Origin: Octopus vulgaris
Taxonomy: Eukaryota
Length of the DNA stretch: 64,000 nt
Direction of reading: 5' to 3'
Assembly: GCA_951406725.2 (NCBI GenBank)
Contig: OX597814.1
Location: 205,406,001-205,470,000, forward strand
The position numbers and the translations under genes were made by a program. A model generated the notes under the pieces. It saw only the letters and a list, made by a program, of their open reading frames with translations. It did no database searches and had not been told where the DNA came from. Positions 1-13,221 of this stretch are shown piece after piece; the first letter of the stretch is position 1; each line of letters starts with the position of its first letter.

Positions 1-1342
1 AAGTCTGAGAACAAGCAAAACAAATATGAACACTCTGGTTTTGATCCATGGTCACGGACCCATTATATATCTTCTACAAGTGAGTCACTAAATAAATGCA
101 TAAAAATGTAAAACTTAAAATATTGAGTAAATAAATTACTCTGGAATGCTCTCAAAATGAAAACATCATAGTCAAGTTTGAGTTAAAGTAGCATTAGACA
201 TGTTAACTAGAAATAATTATACAATGAGGATAAAAAGTAATATCAATCATTGACTAATATTATTTTTAATCTACCAGCAAGTAAATGAAACAACTATGCA
301 ATTTTCTTTAGTCATTAGAGTTAAGGTCATGCTAGAGCACTGACCCTGTAGATTTTGGGCAGTTTGCCTGTTTTCATGGTAACTAATGAAGAAATTAGAT
401 TTTTTAGTAAATCAAGAAGCTTAAGCTCACCTAGACAGTTATTCCTGTTCATCATATTCATATACAGTCAAACAGTTTCTATAGAAGTCCAAATTATCAA
501 GTCAAAATCTAACAGTTTTTCCGATATCAAATCTGATATGAAGTATAAGTGTCTACAGTTCTGAAGAGATCCAGTTTCCCTCTGAATCCTTTCTTTTTTT
601 CAGAAAATAATCTTGTCAGACTTATTACTCAGAAAGTTTGAAAAGGAAGGGAGGAAAATGATGGAGGAGAAGGCGGTGATATAAATAGACTCTTTGATTA
701 TAAAAAGAAGCAAACTGAATGTTTCAAATCTTCAGCATCACCACTATTTGTTCAAACAGATGGAACAAACAGTGTTAATGAGAGAAATTCAATACATTTA
801 CTTGAACTGTTAGACACAGCAGCTAAATTTCTTCCTTTGTATAATATACATTGTTTTTATTAACAATATAGTTTCACATGAAGAAAGAAAAGAAGAAAAA
901 CATTAAGAGTATAAAAGATCAAGTTATTGAGGAATCAACCACACTGAGGAAAGAAAGAGAAAGGAAAAAAAGGGTGGGGGTAGTTAAACAGCAGAAGATG
1001 AACAGGGAGTAACGGGTTGTACAGCCCAGAAAAAAGGGCTTGTTTAGCTGTGCCTCATGGACGGGATTGCAAAGGTGTTGCCACAGAGAATGGCCAATGA
1101 CACTCACTGCAGCCACCCAACCTCATGCAGCTTATTTTTCAGACAGGCTGCAGTTATCCCAATTTTGCAGAGGGAATCAGTAGTGGAGTGTCTGAGAATA
1201 CCTGAGGTCTTGATTGTGACCTGCACAAGCTGATAGTGGCCAGTCAGGCTGTTGTGTTTGTTTGTATCATTATAACTGAAATAGAAATATCAGTTTCATT
1301 AGGGGTTGTCTTGACGTTCCTTACAAATCTTCTAACTGTTTA

Positions 1343-1552
1343 CTCTTTTACTTGTTTCAGTCATTTGACTGCAGCCATGCTGGAGCACTGCCTTTAGTTG
1401 AGCAACTCGACCCTGGGACTTATTCTTTGTAAGCCTAGTACTTATTCTGTCGGTCTCTTTTGCCAAACCGCTAAGTAACGGGGACGTAAACACACCAGCA
1501 TTGGTTGTCAAGCAATGGTAGGGGGACAAACACAGACACACAAACATACACG

Positions 1553-1584
<32 letters not shown>

Positions 1585-1746
1585 CGACGGGCTTCTTTCA
1601 GTTTCCGTCTACCAAATCCACTCACAAGGCATTGGTCGGTCTGGGGCTATAGCAGAAGACACTTGCCCAAGATGCCACGCAGTGGGACTGAACCCGGAAC
1701 AATGTGGTTGGTTAGCAAGCTACTTGCCACACAGCCACTCTTGCAC
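1343..1746 (-). mobile_element. SINE family A (tRNA head, CORE-like ccttgggcaagtgtctt segment, internal TA/TG microsatellite)
   Basis: Multi-copy in window; B-box-like GGTTCAGTCC on minus; 11-bp TSD ctaactgttta at 1332-1342 and 1747-1757. Confidence 0.9.
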
Positions 1747-2301
1747 CTAACTGTTTATAAAAAGCTTCATTCATGCTCAGAACTACTGTATGTGTCTGTA
1801 CAGACTACTTCCTGATTACTTTACAATATGTTACGTAAGACTCTTATAGAAAACTTAAATGATATCATATAAGTTTCAAATCACATAGGTTTGAAGGGGC
1901 AATCACATAAGTTTCAAGAAAATTCAAATGTCTCTGTGCTAACAGTATGTTTCAGTCATGTGATCACGTGACCAACCAGCCTATCAGATTTTGTTACACA
2001 TCACTGGTCACAATGTGCTTTTAGCCTTCAAATAATACCCCCCCACTGGCTAGACGAGCAGTTCAACAATCACCCCTAATTGAAGAGGCATTGGAGCAGT
2101 ATGAAAAGAAGTGTTTTGCCCAAGAACTACAACGTGCCACCCAATCAGGGAATTGAGCCCATGATCTAGAGATTGTGAGTATGACAGCCAAATCATTAGG
2201 ACACGTGCTTTCACATATGTTTCAGCATAAGGCAAAAACGTTCTAAAAACTTTCCAGGTATCTAAATATTCCACTGGCTGACTGGTTACTGTAACAAATA
2301 C

Positions 2302-2495
2302 CTTCATGAAATTAACGGTGACCACATGCAGTACTTTGTTCCCTTCCTCAAACACAGTTATAAATGTGATGGAAAAGTTTGCACAGAGAAGATAATAAAT
2401 TCTGTGACTGTATTTACAACTGTGTGTAGAAGAGTTTACCTCAATGTTTGACCAAATGGTTGTACACCTTGTCTGGTCTAAGTTTGGTGGGTGCA
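2302..2495 (-). other. Candidate exon of second transcript (phase-1 entry: (L)HPPNLDQTRCTTIWSNIE...VNFMK)
   Basis: catatttttcattag| acceptor, phase fits the 4873 donor; possible donors GAG|gtaaac or AAG|gtattt; no recognisable homology. Confidence 0.25.
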
Positions 2496-2744
2496 CTAAT
2501 GAAAAATATGCATACATAGAACAGAGAAAATTGTATGTGTGTGTGTAAGATCATCCTCAACATTATCATTTAATGTCTGTTTTCCATGGGTTGGACAGTT
2601 TGACCAGAACTGGTAAGGCCAGGGCCTGCACCAGGCTCTAATGTCTGTTCTAGCCTGATTTCTACAGCTGGATGCCTTTCCTAACATTAGCCACTCTTGT
2701 GTTAGAATCAAACTTTAATGCAGCACAAACACAAGTGTGGCATA

Positions 2745-2797
<53 letters not shown>

Positions 2798-3119
2798 CAA
2801 AATTGATGAGTATCTAGTGGAGTATCTCTCGATGAGAAATTATTATTTCCAAGGTGCTGCTAGCAAGGAAACATGTGTAGCCTGGATTTTACCTGCTCCA
2901 TCCACTCAATCTGGATTTTTATTCGCATACATAGCAACCCTAGTTGCTACCATGAACTATAAAATGACTTTTTTCAGTTTATCGCACCTCGATATGAGAA
3001 AAACTCACAACCTTCTATGCCAATAAACTATTATTGTTCCTGAAAGTTTGTTTTTTATCCCTTACTGACTGCTTGAAGCTTACTAACTTCCTATGCCTGG
3101 ATCCTTGGATAACAATACT

Positions 3120-3663
3120 TGGTAGGACAAGTGAGTCCATAACCCGTGGCCTTCTACATGGGATGGAGCCAGCCTACGTATGCATACCTTCCCTTCTTGG
3201 GACACAAAACTCTACTTGTGAAGACCTGTTGAGGCAAGTGAGGATCAGAATCGAAATCGATCAATGGAAATTGCAGATGTGTTACCAGTGCCGGTGGCAT
3301 GTAAGAGAACCATCCGTTTGCGACCATTGCCAGCGCTGCCCCGACCGGCCTCGTGCCGGTGGCACGTAAAAAGCACCATCCGTTCGTGTCCGTTGCCAGC
3401 CTCGCCTGACCCCCGTGCCGGTGGCACATAAAAAGCACCATCCGTTCGTGGCCGTTTGCCAGCTCTGTCTGGCACCTGTGCGGGTGGCACGTAAAAAGCA
3501 CCCACTACACTCACGGAGTGGTTGGCGTTAGGAAGGGCATCCAGCCGTAGAAACACTGCCAGATCTGACTGGGCCTGATGAAGCCTTCTGGCTTCACAGA
3601 CCCCAGTTGAACCGTCCAACCCATGCTAGCATGGAAAACGGACGCTAAACAATGATGATGATG
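3120..3663 (+). mobile_element. RTE 3'UTR-type repeat (family C)
   Basis: Same 3' module and tandem units as 55111-55850; other copies near 2560(-), 5164(-), 18720(-), 42931(-), 46825(-), 47760(+), 49050(+), 52345(+), 56241(-), 62596(+). Confidence 0.85.
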
Positions 3664-4872
3664 GTTATCTTATCGATCTGAGAATATTGAAATGAAAAGT
3701 GAACTCTGTAGCTTTTGAACACAGCAAGAATTGTAAGTTAAATATTATTTCTTAAGTTATTCAGAGAAGGAAGAACAGTGCTCATCATGTTTACAAGTTT
3801 TCACAAACTGGTCAGATTGAAGGAGTCAATGTCCAGCCTGACCGTCTGAACTTCAAGGCCTTTATGAAAATATAAGTGCAAAGAAACAGGTTCTGTCTTC
3901 AAGTTTTGTAACATAATGAACTCCACTAACGGTTACTTAAGGACCAAATGGTTGTGTTAAACTGACAACGTTTCAGATTTATCATCTCAGCGATCGACTT
4001 CCACAAATTAGTATGTTTGGTATTTTACTGTTTTTGATTTTCAAATGTTTCAATTAGATAAGTATTATATCTATGAATGTTCACAATACTGAGCTGAGAC
4101 CTTCCTAAGCCCTGGATAAAACAACAGGTAAACCCTTCAGTGTTATCCCACCGTACTTATCTAGGTCTGATGAGAGCCCTAGAACTCATAAGGCCAGAGC
4201 ATAATCTGGTTTTCTGGGCATATAAGTAACTAAGATTACAATACTCTCCTTTGAATGGAATGCTGGTCCCTCACATGGCTAAGTTCCCAGCTGTTACTGA
4301 AACTCATTTCTAGTTGATTGAACTGAAGCATCGGGAATGAAGTGCTTTTCTCAAAAACGCATCCAATCTGGGAATTGAAACCTAACCACTTACCCATATG
4401 CCTTCACATTCCATCAACAGTGATGAGGGTTACAGTTGGTCTGATCAATGGAACAGCCTGCCTGTGAAATTAATGTGCAAGTGGCTGAGTACTCCACAAA
4501 CACACATGCTCTTAACGCAGTTCTCATGGTGATTCAGCATGACACTGAATGTGTCTAGACTGGCCCTTTGAAACCCAGGTACTACTCATTTTACCAGCTG
4601 AGTGGACTGGAGAAATATGAAATAAGCACTTTGCTCAAAGACACAATGCACTGTTGGGTATTGAACTCATGACCTTATGATTATGAACATAATACCCTAA
4701 GCCACCTGCCTTCACGTCCCACCATACCAGAAAGAAAATCCTTTCACAAAAATAACCTTAAAACACTCTCCCTAATTTTTCGAATCACCTTGAGTCATCT
4801 TAATTGAATTGGGCTTTATACACTTTGTCTATTTATTATTTCTTTCTAGAAAGTCGTTTATGAATGTCTTAC

Positions 4873-4953
4873 GAAACATGAATGCAAAAAACATTCCAGG
4901 CATATTCTTGTTGTTAGAATCAGTTCTTCTGTTTATGTTCTACTTACTTAAGT
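4873..4953 (-). other. Candidate exon of a second minus-strand transcript, possibly start-codon exon (MPGMFFAFMF..., ATG at 4903)
   Basis: ctgtttcattttcacag| acceptor, ATGTTTC|gtaaga donor, in-frame upstream TAG; unique non-repeat sequence. Confidence 0.35.
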
Positions 4954-5456
4954 CTGTGAAAATGAAACAGAAAGAACAAATGTAATAGAGATTCTCAGAT
5001 TGGGTGTAGTAACATACCAACTGATAGCTTCATCGCCCTTTTTTTGATCATTCCATCAGTTGACACTTTTAAATACTGATATAAAATCTAATTAAATTGA
5101 TACCAAAAAAAACTGAATAAATCCTATTACAATACTTGTTAAAGTATTTATTGCATTCCAGTTCATCATCATCATCATTTAACGTCCGTTTTCCATGCTG
5201 GCATGGGTTGAACAGTTTGACTGGGGTCTGGAAAGCCAGTGGCTGCACCCGGCTCCAATCTGATCTGGCAATATTTCTTCAGCTGGATGCCGTTCCTAAC
5301 ACCAACCACTCTGGGAGTGTAGTGGGCACATGTTGCATGCCACTGACACAGGAGCTAGTCAGGTGGGCCTGGCATTGATCACATTTGGATAGTGCTTTTT
5401 ACGTGCCACCGGCATGGGAGCCAGTCTGTCAGTATTATTATTTAATGCATTTATAA

Positions 5457-5670
5457 GGTGGCAAGCTGGCAGAATCATTAATATGCCAGACAAAGTGCTT
5501 AACAGCATTTCATTCCTCATTACATTCTGAATTCAAATTCCGCTGAGGTCAACTTTGCTTTTCATCCTTTTGGGGTTGATAAATTAAGTACCAGTTGAGT
5601 TTTGGGGTCAATGTAATTGACTTAACCCCTCCCCCCAAATTTCAGGCCTTGTGCCTATAGTAGAAAGAAT
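5457..5670 (+). mobile_element. SINE family B (tRNA head, Meta/MESC-like domain gaggtcgactttgcctttcatcctttcggggtcgataaattaagtaccag)
   Basis: B-box-like GAATTCAAATTCC; attatttaatgca repeated on both flanks; multi-copy. Confidence 0.85.
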
Positions 5671-5770
5671 TATTTAATGCACTCATAAAATGCACATACT
5701 TATATATCTCTCTATATGCATATGTTTATATATATATGTGCACATTTGTGTGTATATATCTATGTATGTA

Positions 5771-6341
5771 CAAAGGGAAGTCAAAAATTATGTGCACTTT
5801 TGCTATAACATATCTTTATTGTCACACTGCCTTCTGTGCATATGTGTTTATAGTTGTTGGTATTGTGGTCATATGATCGAAGTTTGAGTTTAATCATGCC
5901 ATTTTTCTTTATGGCTTTACAGAACAAAGAGCATTAATCTGGTTTCTCTGGTTGGAAGGTGTGTCAGGTGCTGAAATCATCAGAGGCTTTTAGCACAATA
6001 TGGGAACAGTGCACTACTGTGTAGAAGTGTGTATGAGTGGATTGAGAAGTTTAAAATGGCTGGACAAGTGTGATGCACGAAGAGGAAACTTCCACCAATG
6101 ACATGCAAATTCAGCAAGCTCGAGAGAGTTCCCCATTATCATCTCTTGGATCACTGCCCTTTAGTCTTCTTTGGTGCACATTGCTCGTGCATAGCCAGAA
6201 AGAAAAATGACACAATCAGACCCAAACTTCGATCACGTAACCAAAATAGTACCAACTATAAGCATGCATGTGCAGAAGGTAGTGTGATAGTAATAAAGAT
6301 ATGTTATGGTGGAAGTGCGGATAATTTTTGACTTCCCCTTG
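5771..6341 (+). mobile_element. Mariner-derived fold-back / MITE
   Basis: TA TSDs; long imperfect inverted ends starting caagg(g)gaagtcaaaaattat; internal EQRALIWFLWLEGVSGAEI...YEWIEKFK mariner N-terminal HTH remnant. Confidence 0.85.
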
Positions 6342-6427
6342 TATATATCTGGTTATGTATGTAGATAAAGAGAAAGGTGAAGAAATACCATCAACAGTGT
6401 TTTGTTCATAATATAGAAATAAATTAG

Positions 6428-6640
6428 GGTGGTGAGCTGGCAGAGTCATTACTGCACTGGAGAAACTGCTTTGCAGCATTTGTTCCAACGACATGTACTG
6501 AGTTCAAATGCCACTGAAGTTGACTTTGCTTTTCATCCTTTCAGGGTCAATAAAATAAGTACCAGTTAAACACTGGGGTTGATGTAATCGACTTAACCCT
6601 CCCCTAAAATTGCTGGCTTTATACCAAAATTTGAAACCAA
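6428..6640 (+). mobile_element. SINE family B (aaatttgaaacc tail variant)
   Basis: Same head and central domain. Confidence 0.85.
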
Positions 6641-6934
6641 AATAGATTTATCTTCAGACTGAATTTTCATTCTGGATGTACATATATTTGTGATTCATAT
6701 ACCTTTAGCAACCTCGAAAAAGAAACTCCACTAACGAAACAAAGCAAAAGCAAATTATAAACAATTAATAACTAAAATATATAGATTACCAAGTAAATAA
6801 ATAACTATTACTGGGTTGATTAATTACAGACATTGAAATGTGTTGATTTAGCGATTTACCAAAACCTACTCAAACTTGTTGAAAACTTGTTTGTTTTATT
6901 TTATTAATCATAGGCATAGGAGTGGCTTTGCATA

Positions 6935-7310
6935 GGCGTAGGAGTGGCTGTGCGGTAAGTAGCTTGCTTACGAACCACATGGTCCCGGGTTCAGTGTCTT
7001 CTACTATAGCCTCGGGCTGACCAAAGACTTTTGAGTGGATTTGGTAGACAGAAACTGAAAGAAGCCCATCATATATGTATATATATATATGTGTGTGTAT
7101 ATGTTTGTGTGTCTGTCTTTGTCCCCCCAACATCGCTTGACAGCCAATGCTGGTGTGTTTACGTCCCCGTAACTTAGCGGTTTGGCAAAAGAGACCGATA
7201 GAATAAGTACTAGGCTTACAAAGAATAAGTCCTGGGGTCGATTTGCTCGACTAAAAAAGGCAGTGCTCCAGCATGGCCACAGTCAAATGACTGAAACAAG
7301 TGAAAGGGTA
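6935..7310 (+). mobile_element. SINE family A
   Basis: ggcgtaggagtggctgtgcggtaagtagcttgc head to gactgaaacaagt tail; first ~22 nt of the head duplicated just upstream. Confidence 0.9.
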
Positions 7311-7544
7311 TACTTGTGTATAACAAAATCATGAATAACACGTTTTCCAAGATGTCCAAGCATTAATATGAAGTCGGTAAGGCCATAAATTTATATATTT
7401 TAAAAAATCTATGGCACACCTTGATACCCCTTGCAGCACACATTGCACAATAGTTTGAAAATTAATGTGTTACATTGACACTGCAACTACCTGATCATCT
7501 GCAACTTTCAGTTGTTGATAGTATATTGTATCCTCATCTTTTCT

Positions 7545-7905
7545 CTTTTGTCTTGTACTTGTTTCAGTCATAGACTGTGGCCATGCTGGAGTTTTTAGTT
7601 GAGTGAATCGACTCTGCTATTATTTTCTAAAGCCTCGTACTTATTCTATCAGTTTCTTTTGTCGAACTGTTAAGTTATAGGAACAAACACTGACACAAAG
7701 ACACACATACACACACATATGCACATGCATATGTATATATATGACAAGCTTCTTTCAGTTTCCATCTACCAAATCCACTCAAAAGGCCTTGGTCAGCCTG
7801 AGGCTATAGTAGAAGGCACTTGCCCAAGGTGCCACACAGTGTGACTGAACCTGAAACCATGTGGTTGGAAAGCAAGCTTCTTACCACACAACCATGCTTG
7901 TGCCT
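7545..7905 (-). mobile_element. SINE family A (diverged)
   Basis: Reverse complement of the 6935 copy. Confidence 0.85.
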
Positions 7906-8550
7906 ATATAAGTAATAAATATAAGAAAAGATTGTTCTATTAGTTGATGGAATTGTTCAATTAGTAGAAACTTCTACTGGTAGTTAGTACAACTCTACTA
8001 GAGCATAGTACTAGTTCTGTTTGTGGATAACATCTGCAGTAAGGCTTCTGTTGAGATTCAAACTATCTCATCCAGTTTAGAACTACAGCCCAACTATATT
8101 GCTATAAAAGACAAAGACCAGCTATGAGAAATTAACAGTATCACCATAAAAGTTATTAATGTCTCTATGATCAGGGGGTGCTCAGCAAATGAAACTCGAT
8201 GGTTGTGGAACCAAATAAGCAATAGACGTGATAAGTTTTGTGAATTTTCCCACCAAATATTTCAGCTGAAAGTTCTGGAAGGTTGACTGAATTTTTTATA
8301 GAAATTTTGGATATTGAATTTCCAACCAGTACAACCTCAGGTGCTACACAAAACTCAGTTGGTCAGTTTGTGATAAGCATCCTTATAAGTGTTCTTAGTA
8401 GAGTTCTAGTAGGGGAAGTTTTTTAACCAATTATCACAATATATACTTATTTATGCCGACATTATACCCTTGATTTGAAAGGAAGAAAAATCATAGATTC
8501 TTTAAATTCAAATGGTTTACTGAATCTATTTATATGAATCTATAGACATA

Positions 8551-8945
8551 GGCGCAGGAGTGGCTGTGTGGTAAGTAGCTTGCTAACCAACCACATGGTT
8601 CCGGGTTCAGCAAGTGTCTTCTTCTATAGCCCCGGGCCGACCAATGTCTTGTGAGTGGATTTGGTAGACGGAAACTGAAAGAAGCCTGTCGTATATATGT
8701 ATATGTATATATATGTGTGTGTATGTGTATATGTTTGTGTGTCTGTGTTTGTTCCCCCAACATCGCTTGACAACCGATGCTGGTGTGTTTACGTCCCCGT
8801 CACTTAGCGGTTCGGCAAAAGAGACCGATAGAATAAGTACTGGGCTTACAAAGAAAAAGTCCCGGGGTCGATTTGCTCGACTAAAGGCGGTGCTCCAGCA
8901 TGGCCGCAGTCAAATGACTGAAATAAGTAAACGAGTAAACGAGTA
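8551..8945 (+). mobile_element. SINE family A (young copy)
   Basis: Near-identical to the 1343 and 53210 copies, CpGs retained. Confidence 0.9.
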
Positions 8946-9499
8946 TGTCCTTTACATTGGACAGATGCAGTGTTTCCAGAAGAAAAATTTCTTTTGTAAC
9001 AAGGAATATGTTTTTTAATATAATATTACTTATGTCTAATGAGTCCTCATTACCCCTGAGAATTTCATTTTTACCCCACTTGGGGTAATTTACCCCAGTT
9101 CTCTAACCCTTATATTAGAAGATAGATAGAAAGATGTACTCTACAACATACATAGCACTATATTTAAGGTTTGACTACAGTCCTATCTGAACATTAACAG
9201 CTTTGAATAAATATACCACAGTACTTATAGAAGGCCATTGCTATCAATACCAAGGCATAGACACCATGTTACTATCTGGGGCTCCACAGTATAGATGAAA
9301 TTAGTGATGATGATGCTGATGATCATGATGACGACGACAACAAGTACAATAACAACAATAATGTTCTGAAGCTTTGGCACTGGCCAGCAATTGCAAGGGA
9401 AGGGGTTAATCAATTACATCATCCCCAGCGTTTAACTGGTATTTATTTTATCGATTCCGAAAGAATGGAAACCAAAATCAACATTATATAAATGTGATG

Positions 9500-9840
9500 G
9501 GCTTCTACAGAGTTTCCATCTATCAAGTTCACTCACATGACATTAGTCGACCTGTGGTTATATTATTCTTTTTTACTTTTTATTCTTTTATTTGTTTCAG
9601 TCATTTTACTGCAGCCATGCTGGAGCACCACCTTTAGTTGAGCAAATCAACCCCAGGCTATAGTAGAAGGTGCCACGCAGTGGGACTGAACCTGGAACCA
9701 TGTGGTTGGTAAGCAAGCTACTTACCATACAGCCACTCCTGCACCTATATTAGAAGACTTTTGTTTAAGGTGCCACACTGGAACTGAACTTGAAACCATG
9801 TGGCCGTAAATCAAGCTTCTTAACCTCACAACCATGCCTG
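9500..9840 (-). mobile_element. SINE family A, two nested/deleted copies
   Basis: Family A head occurs twice (about 9746 and 9840) with internal deletions. Confidence 0.7.
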
Positions 9841-10319
9841 GTGTGCCATGATACACAGAATTATCAAAACTAGTAGGATGTTAGGTAGGAGACATCAACC
9901 ATAGAAAATAGGGACTTTGTGTTACTATATAAAGGTACAACAGCAAGATGTAGACTGTCTAATAATATAGGGGACATGTGTGGTATAGGAATATATTTAA
10001 TCAGCTGGATGGCTGCCAAACCATTTATCTTGTTAAGTGGGACGATGACGTCTCTAGACTGTGTGGCTTAGATGATTGATATATTTATTTAAAGGAATAC
10101 CATTCATCAGAAGCTCCCATAGACAGACACTTGGTCTGCAAGAAATAGCAGTCAAATCCAAACCTCTTTCAAATTACATCATACTGTCTTGAGATAAAAA
10201 AAAAAAGGGAAGGGCACATATTGGGTAGCGAGATTAACAATACCTGAATGAGGGTTGTCTTTGACCATAGGCTTGCTCATCCAAGAAGCAACCTTAGATT
10301 GAACCTGCACAAGAACAAC

Positions 10320-10404
10320 AATAACTACTACTACTGCTCCTGTTGCTGCTGCTGCTGCCTGTGCACGACTGCTGCTACTGCTACCACTGCCGCCACTACT
10401 ACTG

Positions 10405-10474
<70 letters not shown>

Positions 10475-10490
10475 CACCACCCACCATCAC
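10320..10490. repeat. (TAC)n/(TGC)n/(CAC)n compound microsatellite
   Basis: Direct reading. Confidence 0.95.
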
Positions 10491-10816
10491 CAATGTCTGA
10501 AAATATGATAGGATGGGCAAAACAGGGACACTTTGGTAGATCTGCTTCATCAGAGCTGACCTAGGGACTCAACAACAACAAAAAGGCAGCTTCTGTGTGA
10601 TCACTTGTATTAGAAATAGCAGCCAGACCTCCCTCAGATCACACTTGTTTTAAAAAGAGGAAGGAACACATTAGATAATAATGTGGTTTGAGCTTCACTA
10701 TACCCACAAAACATAAGATGGAATGGTCACAGCTGGAGAGCTTTTGATCAATGGTTACTGATGGTGGAAGTGAGAATGGTAATGATGGCGTAGAGCAGTT
10801 GTTTCTAACCTTTACA

Positions 10817-11529
10817 CAGTGGTTTCCAGTAGTAGTTCCCAACCCTTTTATTTAAATGAGTTTTCCCAAGGACCCCCTTTAATATGCTTATCTTTATGTG
10901 TCTATATATATATATATATACTAGCAGTATCGCCCGGCGTTGCTCGGGTTTGTAAGGGAAATAACTATATAAGCATTTTTAGAGAGTTACTTCCCTTATA
11001 GATGCCAATTTGGGCTTTCTTAGCCATTTCTCTTTTGGTGTCTTCAAGCCATGAAGTCGTTGTTCTAAAAGAACGCTGGTCTCCTTGACAACGCATTACG
11101 ACGTTGATTTCCTTAAACTCCCTTCCCCACAGCTTTACGAGGGAGGGAAGAAGGAGAGAAGCAAACACAGGTGCAGGTGTTTGAGCGTGGACGTCAACTC
11201 CGCCGCCATCGACACACGAAAAATTATGCATTAAAATGGAATAAAAAATGATGTTAAATTATTTTTTAAATCGTAGACTCATCGTAGACGCGCGCTAATA
11301 GCCAGACGGGCTCGATATTAATCACGACTATAAGATACTCGAATTTGGTTAAACTGCACCGCAAAATGTGGGAGGAGTTAGGAATCTAAATCGTAGGAGA
11401 CAGACACTCACACAACTACAGTTTTATATATATAGATATATATGTGAAATTTTGAATTTAGTTCACAGACCCCCAGTACTACTTTTGTGGACCATCAGGG
11501 GTCTGTGGACTCTATGTTGGGAACCACTG
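10817..11529. mobile_element. hAT-type MITE interrupted by a Helitron
   Basis: Ends cagtggtt..gttcccaac / gttgggaaccactg; ggacccc subterminal motifs. Confidence 0.55.
10921..11436 (-). mobile_element. Non-autonomous Helitron
   Basis: On minus: 5' TC, 3' CTAG, subterminal hairpin cccggcgttgctcggg (10933-10948), inserted at A|T in (TA)n, CpG-rich. Confidence 0.85.
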
Positions 11530-11953
11530 GTGTAAAGAGTAGTGATGGTGGCTGTAGTTGTGGTGCTATGAGATGGTGGTAGTGATGCAGGAAGTGATGG
11601 TTGTACCACTGGTGATGACAATGGGGATGATGGTAAGAGAGAGTGGAGCTAGGTGGCTTGAGTAGTACTTTGGCATTTGAACTCAGAACATAAAGAGCCA
11701 AACTGATTGTTACAAGACATTTTTTTCAGATGTTCTGCAGCCAATCAGCCACCCTTTAAAAATTACAGTTTTTCCGCTTCAACTGGAGCCTGTGGTCCTC
11801 AACCACAGTGAAGGTCGGTGTATGGACAGGGTAACCTTTGGCTCGTTCAAGGGAGATAAATCGTTCATCAGTGAATCTATTTGCTTCAATTCCTTTTTCA
11901 ATATCGACCTCGACATATCAGCCATGAAGCTGGGAGCAATTGCCAGATACATA

Positions 11954-13221
11954 CAGGGTCTTTCAGATAAATTGAGACCAGTTTTAAGTCGTTGACTTCA
12001 TGGGTTTAACATTTCATTTTTTGACAAAACCTTGGTTGCTTGAGAATCTAATCCTCTTCTTCATTATTCAGGTAAATTGCCAGCTGATTTGACAATAGAA
12101 AGTCATGGAACAACAGAATCGTTCTGCTATTGTTGTTTTGGTGTGTGCCAGGCACACTGCTAATAAAATTGTTAATTTGATGAAACTTCCAAAAGCAACA
12201 ATTCATCGTGTGTATAAACAATTTAAAGAAATGGGCAAGATTGATAGAAAAGAACACAAGACTTGAAGTGATTACAAATCCAATCCAAAGTTTCTCACTA
12301 ACCTCAAACGCTCGATTGAAGTCAACCTATCCATATCCATAGCAACTCTTGCAAAGAAACGCAGCGTGTCTCTTTTCACGGTGTCCAGAGCTGTGAACAA
12401 GAACCTTGACATGACTAGCTGTGTTCGACGATACCGTCACCTCCTAACAGCCAAGGCCAAAGCAATCAGTGCTGAGAAATGCCCAAAGCTTCTGTCATTC
12501 AACAAGCATCAAGGTGCAGGAAAAACCCTCATGTTTGTGGATGAGAAGTTCACTGTGAATCGCAGAAATTCTCGAGTGATTGCATATAACCCTTCTGACG
12601 TCCCCACCTGTGTTTGAGACTAAGAATTCTGCTTCTGTGATGGTATCTGGAGCTGTGGTGAGTAATAGAAGTGTCATGGATCCACACTTCATTGAGTCTG
12701 GCTTGAAGATCAGCACAAAGGAGTATCTGGACATCCTGAAGAACTCTCTGTTACTTTGGATGGAACTGAAGTATGGGCTTGACATTGTGGTGCTTATCCA
12801 GGATCTGCATCATGCCATGGGTCAAAAGCAACATAGACCTTCTATGGTGAGAAGGTGCCATTTTCTTGAGAGGACCAATGTCTGGCCCAGTAATAGCCCA
12901 GATCTCAACCTTCTTGATTACTTTTTATGGGGCATACTTCAAGTAAGAACCAATGCTTCATCACACTCGAGTGTCAACAGTTTGAAGACCTGCATTGTGC
13001 ATGTGACACACAAAATCAAAAAGGCTGAGGTTGTGGCAGCTGCAAAAATTTTCGTCCTTGAATAGGGGCAATACTTGCCCAAAAGGGCGGCCATATTCAG
13101 TGATAAATGTTTTTGTAATAAACGTTACATTAAAATTACATCTGTCTACTACCATTATTTTAGTATTTATAACCTCTTTTATGCATCGTAAAAGTTGTCT
13201 CCTTTTATCTGCAAGACCCTG
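11954..13221 (+). mobile_element. Full-length decayed Tc1/mariner, DD37D (maT)-like
   Basis: TA TSD, ~27-bp TIRs cagggtctttcagataaattgagacca; FVDEK, VMVSGAV, QD-x37-D (WPSNSPDLNLLDY); frameshifts. Confidence 0.9.

Noticed and set aside
7965-8422. Possible exon or MITE with imperfect inverted ends
   Set aside because: No convincing open frame with splice sites, and terminal similarity too weak to call
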